The position numbers were made by a program, and so were the translations under genes. Of a DNA stretch of 64,000 bases, positions 8,735-17,579 are shown piece by piece. How positions within the stretch are numbered: position 1 is the first letter of the stretch; each line of letters starts with the position of its first letter. The DNA lies in assembly GCA_965248435.1 (NCBI GenBank), contig OZ252100.1, positions 4,096,001 to 4,160,000 of the forward strand, read 5' to 3'. This DNA is from Candidatus Latescibacterota bacterium. GTDB lineage: Bacteria > Latescibacterota > UBA2968 > GCA-2709665. The notes under the pieces are model-generated. The model made no database searches, was not told the origin of the DNA, and worked only from the letters and a program-made list of their open reading frames with translations.

Positions 8735-10783
8735 ATGGCGGGACAGGCTATGCCGATTGACGGACTGTTTGAGGAACCTGACGAAATGCGCGAGATCCAA
8801 CCCGGGCTCGGCTTGGATGATCGCACTGGGCTTCGCGTGGTGAGCGCTGGATTCTTAGACGAACAGAAGTTCAACTGGGACCTATTTGATGGTTACGACA
8901 GCCTGAGTGTGCTGACATATTCAGCGAGCATCAAAGCCATCGTCAGGATGCTGGACAAGTATTCGTTCACAAAATTTGAGTGCGTATTTGGATATGAAGG
9001 TGTGCTGCGCGACATAAAGGATATCCTGGCGTTCCAGAAGGTGGTTGTTGGGGATGCGCGCGCCGCGATCATGGGGCTTAAGGACGAGCGATATATTCAC
9101 GTTCTAGAAAAAGTACATGCGGGTAAGGCATGCTTCCGCGTTCTTAGAAAGCACATCGCCCACGCAAAGCTGTATCTGCTATCCAGTGCTGATGGACGTA
9201 CACGTGTAATCATCGGCTCCGCCAACCTGTCTGAAAGGGCCTTTTCAGGAAATCAGTCTGAGACGCTGGTCAAATTTGATGACGATGAGAAGGCGTGGCA
9301 TCACTACAACCGTATGTTCGATGAAATTAGGGACTCGGCCTCTGATGAGATCCCCTTGCCCAAAGACAGTATCTCTAATGCGGAGATCGAGATCTCAGAA
9401 ACCCCAGTAATGGACGACCCGTCGATCACAGTCATTGTTGAGCCCCCCTCGACTGAGGAACTGGAAGTAACAGCACCCGCCCAGGTATTACGCGTAGAAA
9501 GGGTTGCGGCGGTAATTGGACAACGCGTGTCCGGAGCCATTCCACCCATTAAGAACGGTAAGCAACGGATTACTCCCGAGATAAAGAGGGAGATAAGCCG
9601 AATACGCCTCGTCAAGTCGGCCGAGGATGCAGACAGTCGCTATCTCTCCCTAGACAGGACGAATCGTGTAGCTCTGCTGTCGGGCGAGCGATTCCCAATG
9701 GAATGGGATAACGAATCAGTCAGCTCTGATGCGACAATGCTGCTGGATTACTTCAAGAACTATGAGGGCGCATTTGAGGGAAATGTGGCGCGCCTCCAGC
9801 GCGACTACTTTACTCTAATGGCCTGGTTGTATTTCTCGCCGTTCATCTGTGATATGCGCTCACTGGCGCTGCTGCAAGACAGCGATGTCATCCGATATCC
9901 GTCATTTGCGATTATTTTCGGCAAATCCAACTGTGGTAAGACCAGCCTGGTGGATACGCTGATGACATCTATGTTTGGCTATGCCCACACCGTAGAGAAA
10001 GCGAACTTTACTTCACGTCAACTTCGCGGGTTACAACAGGGATACAAGAGATTTCCCGTTGTGTTCGACGACATAGGGCGCAACGCTTTCATTCGCCATG
10101 GTAGAGATTTGATCAAGGACGAGATGCTGCCGCCCGTTAAAGAACACCCGGGTTTCATACTCTCTCTGAATGCGGAGCCGCAGTCGTTCCCCGACGAGGT
10201 GGTGAAACGCAGCATGATGATTTACACGACGACGGCGTTGCCACCACACAACGAGGAGTTGCGCCAGAGACTGCAGAGCAGGATACAGGTGATGCGCCGG
10301 GGGTTAACTGGACATCTCTATCGCCGATACTTGACAGAGGTCATGGATCGTCTCGACAATGAGCGGCTGCCGGAAGATTGGCTGGCGCTGTCGTCAGGTG
10401 TGCTGAGCAGCATCCTCTCAGACGGCAAACGTGGATCACCACCAGGCTGGTGTCGAACCGTAACCTGGTTTGACTACGCCGAGAAGCGGTATGATCGAGT
10501 AAAAGCCCGTCTCGATAACCTACTGAGGGTGTCGGCCTATGCCAAGAGCGAGGGCACTGTGCCCCGCGGATGGAGGATCGAGGCCGACAAGATTATCGTG
10601 TGGGAGCAACGGGATGCGTTCGGCAGACGTGAGTTTGATTGGGAGGACGTGCCTTCTACGCTAGTAGACGAGGAGGCTCGCGGCGGTGGCAGGACGGTGC
10701 TGCATCGAGCCAGTCTAGAGGAGTTCCTTGGTCGATCCTTGCGCCCGATGCGGCGTTGGTGGAAGCCCTGGGAGTCGGTTTAA
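8735..10783 (+). CDS. PLD/HKD-family nuclease domain fused to a P-loop ATPase (candidate defence protein); start may be 8750
   Basis: HAKLY...IIGSANLS PLD motif; Walker A GKSNCGKT; Walker B VVFDD. Confidence 0.8.
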   Translation: MAGQAMPIDGLFEEPDEMREIQPGLGLDDRTGLRVVSAGFLDEQKFNWDLFDGYDSLSVLTYSASIKAIVRMLDKYSFTKFECVFGYEGVLRDIKDILAFQKVVVGDARAAIMGLKDERYIHVLEKVHAGKACFRVLRKHIAHAKLYLLSSADGRTRVIIGSANLSERAFSGNQSETLVKFDDDEKAWHHYNRMFDEIRDSASDEIPLPKDSISNAEIEISETPVMDDPSITVIVEPPSTEELEVTAPAQVLRVERVAAVIGQRVSGAIPPIKNGKQRITPEIKREISRIRLVKSAEDADSRYLSLDRTNRVALLSGERFPMEWDNESVSSDATMLLDYFKNYEGAFEGNVARLQRDYFTLMAWLYFSPFICDMRSLALLQDSDVIRYPSFAIIFGKSNCGKTSLVDTLMTSMFGYAHTVEKANFTSRQLRGLQQGYKRFPVVFDDIGRNAFIRHGRDLIKDEMLPPVKEHPGFILSLNAEPQSFPDEVVKRSMMIYTTTALPPHNEELRQRLQSRIQVMRRGLTGHLYRRYLTEVMDRLDNERLPEDWLALSSGVLSSILSDGKRGSPPGWCRTVTWFDYAEKRYDRVKARLDNLLRVSAYAKSEGTVPRGWRIEADKIIVWEQRDAFGRREFDWEDVPSTLVDEEARGGGRTVLHRASLEEFLGRSLRPMRRWWKPWESV

Positions 10784-10879
10784 CCACTGATTCGTGGATG
10801 TGCCGAGAAGCGGACTCCAGGGGTTCCTTAGACGTGCAATCGAAAAACAATACAGAATGGCATCGCGTAGAAAACAATC

Positions 10880-10919
10880 ACGCCGTCAGAATGGAAACCC
10901 CTGACGGTGTTTTTTGTTT
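10880..10919 (+). terminator. Rho-independent terminator after the PLD-ATPase gene
   Basis: ACGCCGTCAG / CTGACGGTGT stem followed by TTTTTGTTT. Confidence 0.65.
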
Positions 10920-11056
10920 GTCTGTGACGCTCCCACAGAAGCCGCTCCGGCTGTGGCTAGGTGTGGTCGCCGTGATGCTGCAGATAGCAGATCTATAAGG
11001 GGAAGTAGTGAGCGGCTTTGGCCTATAATTCGTCTATGGTTGATTCGCCAGGACAT

Positions 11057-11295
11057 ATGGTTTCTGGAATTCCGCTACTCGAGGCCAAGCTCTATATCCC
11101 ATGTGGCGTCCCGGTCTGGTGTCGCGTCCGAGGCTGATCGAACGCATGCACCAGGGGATCGAGCGCAAGCTGACGCCCGTCTCGGCGCCTGCGCAAGACG
11201 ACGCTGCTGGCTGAATGGCTTACATCTGCCCGGGCCAGCGAGGGGGCCTCAGGATGGGTCTCACTTGATCAGAGCGACAATGACCCCGCTCATAT
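11057..11295 (+). pseudogene. 5' remnant of a MalT-type LuxR ATPase regulator
   Basis: Across frameshifts reads LLEAKLYIP / WRPGLVSRPRLIERMHQGIERKLTPVSAPA / KTTLLAEW / WVSLDQSDNDP; Walker A GFG is missing. Confidence 0.75.
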
Positions 11296-11319
11296 GTCTA
11301 TTCAAAGGAGTGATATTCA

Positions 11320-12135
11320 ATGACCGACACACGCCTGCTAAATATCGTCCGGCCCTGGATCGAAGAACGCATCGGCTTCCCATACTCGGCCATGAGCGAA
11401 GACAGTGTGGTGGTGTTGGCCTCTGACGCAGATACTCTGGACTTGCCTCTCAGAGCGATCAAGGTCAGCGGCAAGGCCGCCCTCGCTGCGCGCCCGGAGT
11501 GGGTCGAAGGACTCAGGACAATTGTGGATGACCTGCCATTAGACCTGCTCTTTTCGGAATTGGGAGCTTGCGACCTCGCGCGCGTCACGCTGCCAGACGG
11601 TGTCGGTATCTGGGGACCTGTGTGGTATTTCTTCGCAGACGAGGCGTGTTGGCAACCGTATGATGATGATCGCCCGGTACACCTTAGCCCTTCAGACCTG
11701 ACCAACGTGGACTACAACCTGTTTTGGCACTGCTCTCCAAACTCGCTTGCCGGATTCGGAATTATTGATGGCGACCGGTTGATTGCCCTGGCGACGGTGT
11801 GGGACTGTGGAGATCCGATGTGGGAGATTGGGATGGACGTAGTACCCGACGCCAAGCTGAGGGGTCTGGGACGCACGGTAGTGAGCGCCGCCACGAGGTG
11901 GATACTGAACCAAGGCAAGTTTGTTCAAGCGTCAACGGCTCCGTTCAACGTGCCGTCCGCGCGAACGCTGCGGTCTGTAGGTTTGCGGCACGTATTCACC
12001 GCCATGAACGGCACAGAAGGAACAATGCAGATTGGGCCGCAGACTCTGGGTCTCCCCTACCCATCGGCCGAAGTGCACAACCTCTATCCTGAGTGGGCGA
12101 TGAACAAGAACATTTTTCCCAAAAGGATGGGCTAA
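11320..12135 (+). CDS. GNAT-family acetyltransferase (C-terminal GNAT domain)
   Basis: EIGMDVVPDAKLRGLG acetyl-CoA motif; NVPSARTLRSVG; RBS AAGGAG. Confidence 0.8.
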   Translation: MTDTRLLNIVRPWIEERIGFPYSAMSEDSVVVLASDADTLDLPLRAIKVSGKAALAARPEWVEGLRTIVDDLPLDLLFSELGACDLARVTLPDGVGIWGPVWYFFADEACWQPYDDDRPVHLSPSDLTNVDYNLFWHCSPNSLAGFGIIDGDRLIALATVWDCGDPMWEIGMDVVPDAKLRGLGRTVVSAATRWILNQGKFVQASTAPFNVPSARTLRSVGLRHVFTAMNGTEGTMQIGPQTLGLPYPSAEVHNLYPEWAMNKNIFPKRMG

Positions 12136-12143
12136 GGTATTCG

Positions 12144-12995
12144 ATGGGTTGTGGCGAGAAAGGCACGCCGATTCGATACGTGAAACCGAGCTTCTCCGAT
12201 GACCTCTTTGTGGGGACTGCTACTCATTATGTCAGTTCAAGGCTGCCCTATCCAGAAGCCTTGAACGACGATCTGCTCGCGCGAGCGGGTGTATCCGGTG
12301 AAGGCATGCTTCTCGATCTGGCCTGTGGTCCGGGAAGAGTGGGCATTCCGCTTTCCTCCTCTTTCAAGGAGGTCTGGGCAATAGACCTCGAGCCGGAGAT
12401 GGTCGAGGTGGGAAAATCTGAGGCTCGGAAGCGGGATGTAACCAATATCGAGTGGTTCGTGGGCAGGGCTGAGGAATTGGAGGCCGACCCGGGATCGTTC
12501 GAGTTGATCACGATTGGAGAAGCGTTCCACCGGCTTGACCAGGAGCGGATCGCCCGACAGGCATTAGTGTGGTTGGAGCCTGGTGGCTGCCTGGCGATCA
12601 TGGGATGCAACAGCATGGTCAAGGGGAAAGAACCCTGGCAGCTCATCGTCGCCGACGTCGCCCGTTCGTGGAAGGACCGCGTGGCTCCGAGTAGTGGCAG
12701 CGCCGGCGGCGAAAGACCTGGCAGTGGGCCCGAACACAACCGCCTCGTTCTTAAGGACATCGGGTTCGAAGATGTCGGCAGCCACGACTTTCCGCACGCT
12801 CGCGAGAGAACCGTCGAGTCGATCATCGGCTGGCTGTTCTCAAGCTCCAGGTTCTCTGAAAGAGTCTGGGGCGACGACGCGAAGGCATTCGAGGCCGAGA
12901 TCAGAACCGCCCTTCTGGACCACGATGATCGCGGGGTCTACGTTGAGCGCGTTCAGTGCGGATATACAATTGGCAGAAGACCGTCATTAGATTGA
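12144..12995 (+). CDS. Class I SAM-dependent methyltransferase (start uncertain)
   Basis: LLDLACGPG motif I, AIDLEPEM, AFH, LEPGG. Confidence 0.85.
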   Translation: MGCGEKGTPIRYVKPSFSDDLFVGTATHYVSSRLPYPEALNDDLLARAGVSGEGMLLDLACGPGRVGIPLSSSFKEVWAIDLEPEMVEVGKSEARKRDVTNIEWFVGRAEELEADPGSFELITIGEAFHRLDQERIARQALVWLEPGGCLAIMGCNSMVKGKEPWQLIVADVARSWKDRVAPSSGSAGGERPGSGPEHNRLVLKDIGFEDVGSHDFPHARERTVESIIGWLFSSSRFSERVWGDDAKAFEAEIRTALLDHDDRGVYVERVQCGYTIGRRPSLD

Positions 12996-13002
12996 ACGTG
13001 AC

Positions 13003-13060
13003 GGCGAACGCATACTGCAGGGGATGCGAGCAAGGTCGCATCCTGAGCTCGGCGGCCGCC
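13003..13060 (+). mobile_element. Degenerate attC-like site
   Basis: GGCGAAC ... GGATGCGA/TCGCATCC stem, CTGAGC box; R' reads GGCCGCC instead of GTTCGCC. Confidence 0.5.
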
Positions 13061-13084
13061 ATGGAATTGGCGAAAAGGAACACA

Positions 13085-13936
13085 ATGGACAACGCAGTGC
13101 GCCGCAACTATCGCACCATCGATGTCCGCCCGATTTCCGGTGCGCTAGGCGCCGAAATCAAGGGCGTGGATATCGCGCGGCCCCTGGAAGATGAAGTCGT
13201 TTCGGAGATCCGTCAGGCCTTCCTCGACCATCTGGTTATCTTCTTCCGCAACCAGGAACTCACTCCGCAGGAGCAACTCGCTTTCGCCCAGTTATTCGGG
13301 CAGCCCATGGAATACCCTCTGATGAAGGGACTGCCGGAATGTCCGTCGATCACGGCGGTGATCAAGCTGGAGCACGAGCAGGTGAACTTCGGCGGCGTCT
13401 GGCATTCTGACACGACTTACCTGGAGCGTCCGCCGATGGCGAGCATGCTCTACGCAGTAGAGATTCCGCCCTACGGTGGCGACACCCTGTTCGCCAACCA
13501 GTACATGGCCTACGAGACGCTATCGGAGGGCCTGAAGAAGACACTCGACGGTCTGGTCGGCGTCAGCATCTCGACGAAGCCCGAGAACGCCAGTACGCGT
13601 GTGCATCGCTTGCGCGACGCGGGCGCGGAACTGAAAGTGCTGAGCGCAGCGCATCCTGTGGTTCGCACGCACCCGGAGACCGGGCGCAAGGCGCTTTACG
13701 TCAACAACGCCCACACAACGCACTTCGAAGGTTGGACCGAGGAGGAGAGCGGGTCTCTGCTCGACTACCTCTTCGAGCACCAGGTCAGACCAGAGTTCAC
13801 CTGCCGCTTCCACTGGGGGCAAGGCTCCCTCGCCCTCTGGGACAATCGCTGCGCTCAGCACAATCCGGTGAATGACTATCAGGGGTTCAAGCGCGTCATG
13901 CATCGTATTACACTGGCCGGCGACGAGCCACGCTAG
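13085..13936 (+). CDS. TauD/TfdA family 2OG-dependent dioxygenase
   Basis: GALGAEI, WHSD, GGDTLFAN, HPVVRTHPETG, WDNRCAQH. Confidence 0.92.
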   Translation: MDNAVRRNYRTIDVRPISGALGAEIKGVDIARPLEDEVVSEIRQAFLDHLVIFFRNQELTPQEQLAFAQLFGQPMEYPLMKGLPECPSITAVIKLEHEQVNFGGVWHSDTTYLERPPMASMLYAVEIPPYGGDTLFANQYMAYETLSEGLKKTLDGLVGVSISTKPENASTRVHRLRDAGAELKVLSAAHPVVRTHPETGRKALYVNNAHTTHFEGWTEEESGSLLDYLFEHQVRPEFTCRFHWGQGSLALWDNRCAQHNPVNDYQGFKRVMHRITLAGDEPR

Positions 13937-13999
13937 GCGCAGGCCAACATTCGGGGACCGGACGATGAAGATGAGGGTTCTGCAAGATCTGCTGTGGCT

Positions 14000-14037
14000 G
14001 CCTAACAAGCGGATGAAACCGACGGGGCAGCTTAGGA
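14000..14037 (+). mobile_element. Truncated attC (left half intact)
   Basis: GCCTAACAAGCGGATGAAACCGACG followed by a short, degenerate CTTAGG. Confidence 0.55.
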
Positions 14038-14060
14038 CATGACGGGAAAGGATTAATCAG

Positions 14061-14496
14061 ATGAACCTTATCATCTTTGGAGCCACCGGTGGCGTAGGTC
14101 GCCATCTTGTCGAATTTGCTCTCGCACAGGGACATGCTGTCACCGCGTTTGCTCGCGATCCAGCAAAGCTCGGCATCGAGCACGCGAACCTAAAGGTTGT
14201 TCAGGGCGATGTGATGGATTTCGCTTCAGTGGAGAAAGCCGTGCAAGGTCAAGAGGCAGTGTTGTCTTCGCTCGGGGCGGGGATGAAAAGCACGATCCGA
14301 TCAGAGGGGTCGCGACATATCATCCGCGCGATGGAGAAGGCGGGGATTCGAGCGCACAGGTGAATACCGACACGGCTTCCCGGTTTCCGATAAGACGATC
14401 AATGCCGAAATCTCGCGCGCCGATGTCGCCGACTTCATGTTGAAGCAGTTGGCGGACGATACTTACCTTCACAAGGCGCCAGGCTTGTCGTACTGA
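14061..14496 (+). pseudogene. NAD(P)H-binding flavin-reductase-like oxidoreductase with an internal deletion and frameshift
   Basis: N-terminus GATGGVG...MEKAGI; C-terminus ERTGEYRHGF...ISRADVADFMLKQL...PGLSY* in another frame; middle part missing. Confidence 0.82.
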
Positions 14497-14522
14497 ACCT
14501 GAACTCATTTTGGCGCGGCGCT

Positions 14523-14581
14523 GCCTAACAAGGCGCTGCAACCGACCGCGATCCGCACTGTGCTGAGCTTGGTCGTTAGCC
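14523..14581 (+). mobile_element. attC integron cassette site (best preserved)
   Basis: GCCTAAC AAGGCGCTGCAACCGAC...GCTGAGCTTGGTC GTTAGCC; all four boxes recognisable. Confidence 0.8.
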
Positions 14582-14611
14582 TGCATTAACACAAGAAAAA
14601 GAGACATTTCC

Positions 14612-15115
14612 ATGTCAACAGAAGCAGTCTTTCCGATTGCATTGATCTTGGCTACATTTCTGTGTTCCCTGGTGGCAGGCTTGCTGTTTGTTTTTGCCAT
14701 AGTGGTGATGCCGGGCATAGGAAGTTTAAATGACCGGGAGTTTATCCGAGCTTTTCAGGTGATAGATGGCGTTATCCAGAATAATCAGCCGATTTTTGTG
14801 TTTGTCTGGGTCGGTTCAGCTGTGGCTTTGGTGGCGTCGGCTGTGCTTGGCATCGGGCAATTGGATGGGGCTGAGCGTCTGCTCATAATCTTCGCCGCAC
14901 TCGCCTATCTTCTCTGCGTCCAATTGCCGACCGTCACTATTAACATACCGCTGAATAACAAACTGCAAACACTGGATGTCGACGCCATGAATGAAACAAC
15001 GCAAAATGCGGCCCGTATAGACTTCGAACCGCGTTGGAACCGATGGAACTCAATCCGGACAGCCGTTGCGAGCCTGGTATCTGCTCTGTTAATAATTCTA
15101 CTATTCAGACTTTGA
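14612..15115 (+). CDS. DUF1772 / anthrone-oxygenase-like membrane protein
   Basis: Four hydrophobic helices; NIPLNN and RWNRWNSIRT motifs. Confidence 0.82.
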   Translation: MSTEAVFPIALILATFLCSLVAGLLFVFAIVVMPGIGSLNDREFIRAFQVIDGVIQNNQPIFVFVWVGSAVALVASAVLGIGQLDGAERLLIIFAALAYLLCVQLPTVTINIPLNNKLQTLDVDAMNETTQNAARIDFEPRWNRWNSIRTAVASLVSALLIILLFRL

Positions 15116-15133
15116 AGACTTCGGTAGTGGACA

Positions 15134-15189
15134 GCAGTAAGGTGCTCCAGCGGACGCGCTAGCTCGCGTCGCTGAGCTTTGCGTTGGGC
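15134..15189 (+). mobile_element. attC-like site with an eroded R'' box
   Basis: GCTCCAGCGGACGCG...CGCGTCGCTGAGCTTTGC GTTGGGC. Confidence 0.65.
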
Positions 15190-15215
15190 ATCACAGAGAA
15201 AGGTGGAGGGAAGTT

Positions 15216-15620
15216 ATGGAATCGGGAACGAATGACCGGCAGTTTAGAGGAACCGCACCCTACTTTATGGTGTGCAATCTAGAGGCGTCATTGGCGTATT
15301 ATCATCAGGCGCTCGGCTTCAACATGCCTGAGCTCTGGGGAGACCCACCCAGGTTTGCGATGCCGTCGCGTGAGGGGTTCACGTTCATGCTTCACCAGGC
15401 CGAAGGGGGGGCAGACGTCAACACCATCCGTGATCAGGGCGGTACCTGGGATGCCTACATCTGGATCAACGACGCAGATTCCCTCTTTTCGAAGTTCCAG
15501 GAAGAAGGAGCCATATTCGAGTATGAACCGTGCATACAAGAGGAGTACGATATGAAGGAGTTCGCGGTTCGTGATCCGGACGGTCATATCATTGCATTCG
15601 GTCAGCATTACGAAGCATGA
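15216..15620 (+). CDS. VOC/glyoxalase/bleomycin-resistance family protein
   Basis: YHQALGF and EFAVRDPDGH motifs. Confidence 0.85.
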   Translation: MESGTNDRQFRGTAPYFMVCNLEASLAYYHQALGFNMPELWGDPPRFAMPSREGFTFMLHQAEGGADVNTIRDQGGTWDAYIWINDADSLFSKFQEEGAIFEYEPCIQEEYDMKEFAVRDPDGHIIAFGQHYEA

Positions 15621-15625
15621 AGGCC

Positions 15626-15730
15626 GAGTCGAATGGGAAATGTCCGTAGAGGAGCTTGTTGAGGGAAGATCACGAGGGGGTTGCGTCGTCGCGGTGCAGC
15701 CCCCTTATTTCTATCCAGGTTGACGGCGTC
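15626..15730 (+). repeat. Hairpin element family A, copy 4 (longest)
   Basis: Shares its 5' part with copies 1 and 2 and the 3' TTGACG segment with copy 3. Confidence 0.8.
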
Positions 15731-15757
15731 TGATTTCAAAATTCCCGGAGTGAATAA

Positions 15758-17500
15758 ATGAAAGTAAGGATTTGGCACAGCGAACTCTTTGTGCCGCTAT
15801 TCATATTCACGGTGCTCTCCGTGCTGTTTTGCCATTCGATCCTCTCGAATCTCACGGCCTGGGGAATTCTGGACTGGGACCAGCATTTCTTTTACCACGC
15901 CGTACCGCGAGAGACGATCGTGCGATACCATCAGTTTCCTCTGTGGAATCCCTATTACTGCGGGGGCAACGTGATGCTAGCGAACATGCAGGCGCGATTT
16001 CTGTCTCCAACTTTCTTATTCCCCTTGCTCTTTGGAACGGTTGTCGGCGTCAAGATTGACATCGTTTTTCACATTATCGTTGGAATGTTCGGGATGTTCC
16101 TTTTGAGTAGACACTTCAGTATGGGGCCAATTTCCAGCACCCTGCCGTCTTTCATCTTTATGCTGAGTGGTATGTATGCATTGCACCTAAAGGTTGGGCA
16201 CACGTGGTTCATGGCGATCGCGTATCTCCCGTACGTCGTATACTTTTACCTTTTGGGACTCGAACGATTTCAGTACAGCATCATCGCGGGGGCATTTGTC
16301 GCGCTGATGATTTTTGAAGGCGGGATTTACGCCGCACCACATTCGATGCTTCTTCTTCTATTTTTTTCAGTTTTGTATGCCCTTTTTTCAGAATTTGGTA
16401 GAGCCGCGCCTCTGAAAGCATTCGGCATTGTTGTCCTGTTTACGGTCCTATTCAGCGCTGTTAAACTGCTTCCCACGATGGAGTTCTTCTTTCAACATCC
16501 AAGATTGATCGAATCGAGCGATTTTATACCTCCAAAATTGTTTTATTACATCTTTTTGTTTCGAACCCAACACGTAACTATCCACGCCGGTCAGCCCTAT
16601 GGGTGGTGGGAATATGGGAGCTACATCGGTTTCATTCCGATGTTGTTGGGCATCATTGGAATTTTGCTCTACTTCCGTCAACAAATTGTCTTGATTTTGG
16701 CTGGCAGCGCATTTTTTCTCCTGGGGGTGGGAGATTTTGGAAGCATGTCACCCTGGCACTGGCTGCATCGCTTGCCGGTCTTCAGCTCCCTTCATGCGCC
16801 TTCGCGGTTTTTTATCGTATTTATTTTCATGCTCTCGATCATGGCAGGGTTTTGCCTTTCAAGATTGGAAGTCTATGCCTTTAAGGGAAGTAACTGGAAA
16901 AAATGGGTCGGTCCGGTCGCTTCCCTGGCTCTGGTCGTTCTAGTGGTATGCGACCTCTTCTTGGTGAACGGCAAAATACTTGCATTCGCTTTTACCGATC
17001 CAGCTCAGTCACCTCAACGCAATGAACAGTTTCGTCAAATCATTGGCCATCGCGATGCGATGTATTCGGCGTTTCTGAGAAACGAAGGAACACTCAAATG
17101 CTATGAGCCGACCCACTTTCCCATCAAAGCAATCCCTTTCGAAACCCCTAATTATAAGGGTGAGGTATTCCTTGACGGCGAGAATGGAAAGGCTGATATC
17201 GAAACCTGGTCACCCAACAAAGTCGTTGTAAATATTGATGTTAATAGGGAATCCCGCCTACTGCTCAACCAAAATTATGCTAAAGGCTGGAAGGCGAGCC
17301 AGAACAGGGAAGTAGAGTCCTACAAAGGCCTGGTCTCCACAAAGGTGACGCCAAAGGATACACAGATTACGTTCTACTATTTGCCAGACAGCTTTATCGT
17401 TGGCACCATTCTTTCATTTTTTGGAATTGGCCTGGCTTTCTTCCTTACACGGTACGCACGGGATTCAAAGATAGGTCCTGAAACGAGAACAGCTGATTGA
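15758..17500 (+). CDS. YfhO-like GT-C polytopic membrane glycosyltransferase
   Basis: FPLWNPY..GG motif, many TM segments, C-terminal NQNYAKGWKA and YYLP; visibly AT-richer than its neighbours. Confidence 0.75.
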   Translation: MKVRIWHSELFVPLFIFTVLSVLFCHSILSNLTAWGILDWDQHFFYHAVPRETIVRYHQFPLWNPYYCGGNVMLANMQARFLSPTFLFPLLFGTVVGVKIDIVFHIIVGMFGMFLLSRHFSMGPISSTLPSFIFMLSGMYALHLKVGHTWFMAIAYLPYVVYFYLLGLERFQYSIIAGAFVALMIFEGGIYAAPHSMLLLLFFSVLYALFSEFGRAAPLKAFGIVVLFTVLFSAVKLLPTMEFFFQHPRLIESSDFIPPKLFYYIFLFRTQHVTIHAGQPYGWWEYGSYIGFIPMLLGIIGILLYFRQQIVLILAGSAFFLLGVGDFGSMSPWHWLHRLPVFSSLHAPSRFFIVFIFMLSIMAGFCLSRLEVYAFKGSNWKKWVGPVASLALVVLVVCDLFLVNGKILAFAFTDPAQSPQRNEQFRQIIGHRDAMYSAFLRNEGTLKCYEPTHFPIKAIPFETPNYKGEVFLDGENGKADIETWSPNKVVVNIDVNRESRLLLNQNYAKGWKASQNREVESYKGLVSTKVTPKDTQITFYYLPDSFIVGTILSFFGIGLAFFLTRYARDSKIGPETRTAD

Positions 17501-17579
17501 CGAGTCATGATTGAACCCCATGGAAACTTTGTGTTTCTAAGATCACGCCTGTATAGCAGGCAAAGGTGGAGCTGATTTT

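Noticed and set aside
10914-11426. 170-aa ORF
   Set aside because: Runs across a terminator and the MalT remnant in mixed frames; no coherent protein
12144-12995. Methyltransferase as the cognate DNA methylase of the PLD nuclease
   Set aside because: Small-molecule class I pattern, without DPPY/NPPY or PC motifs
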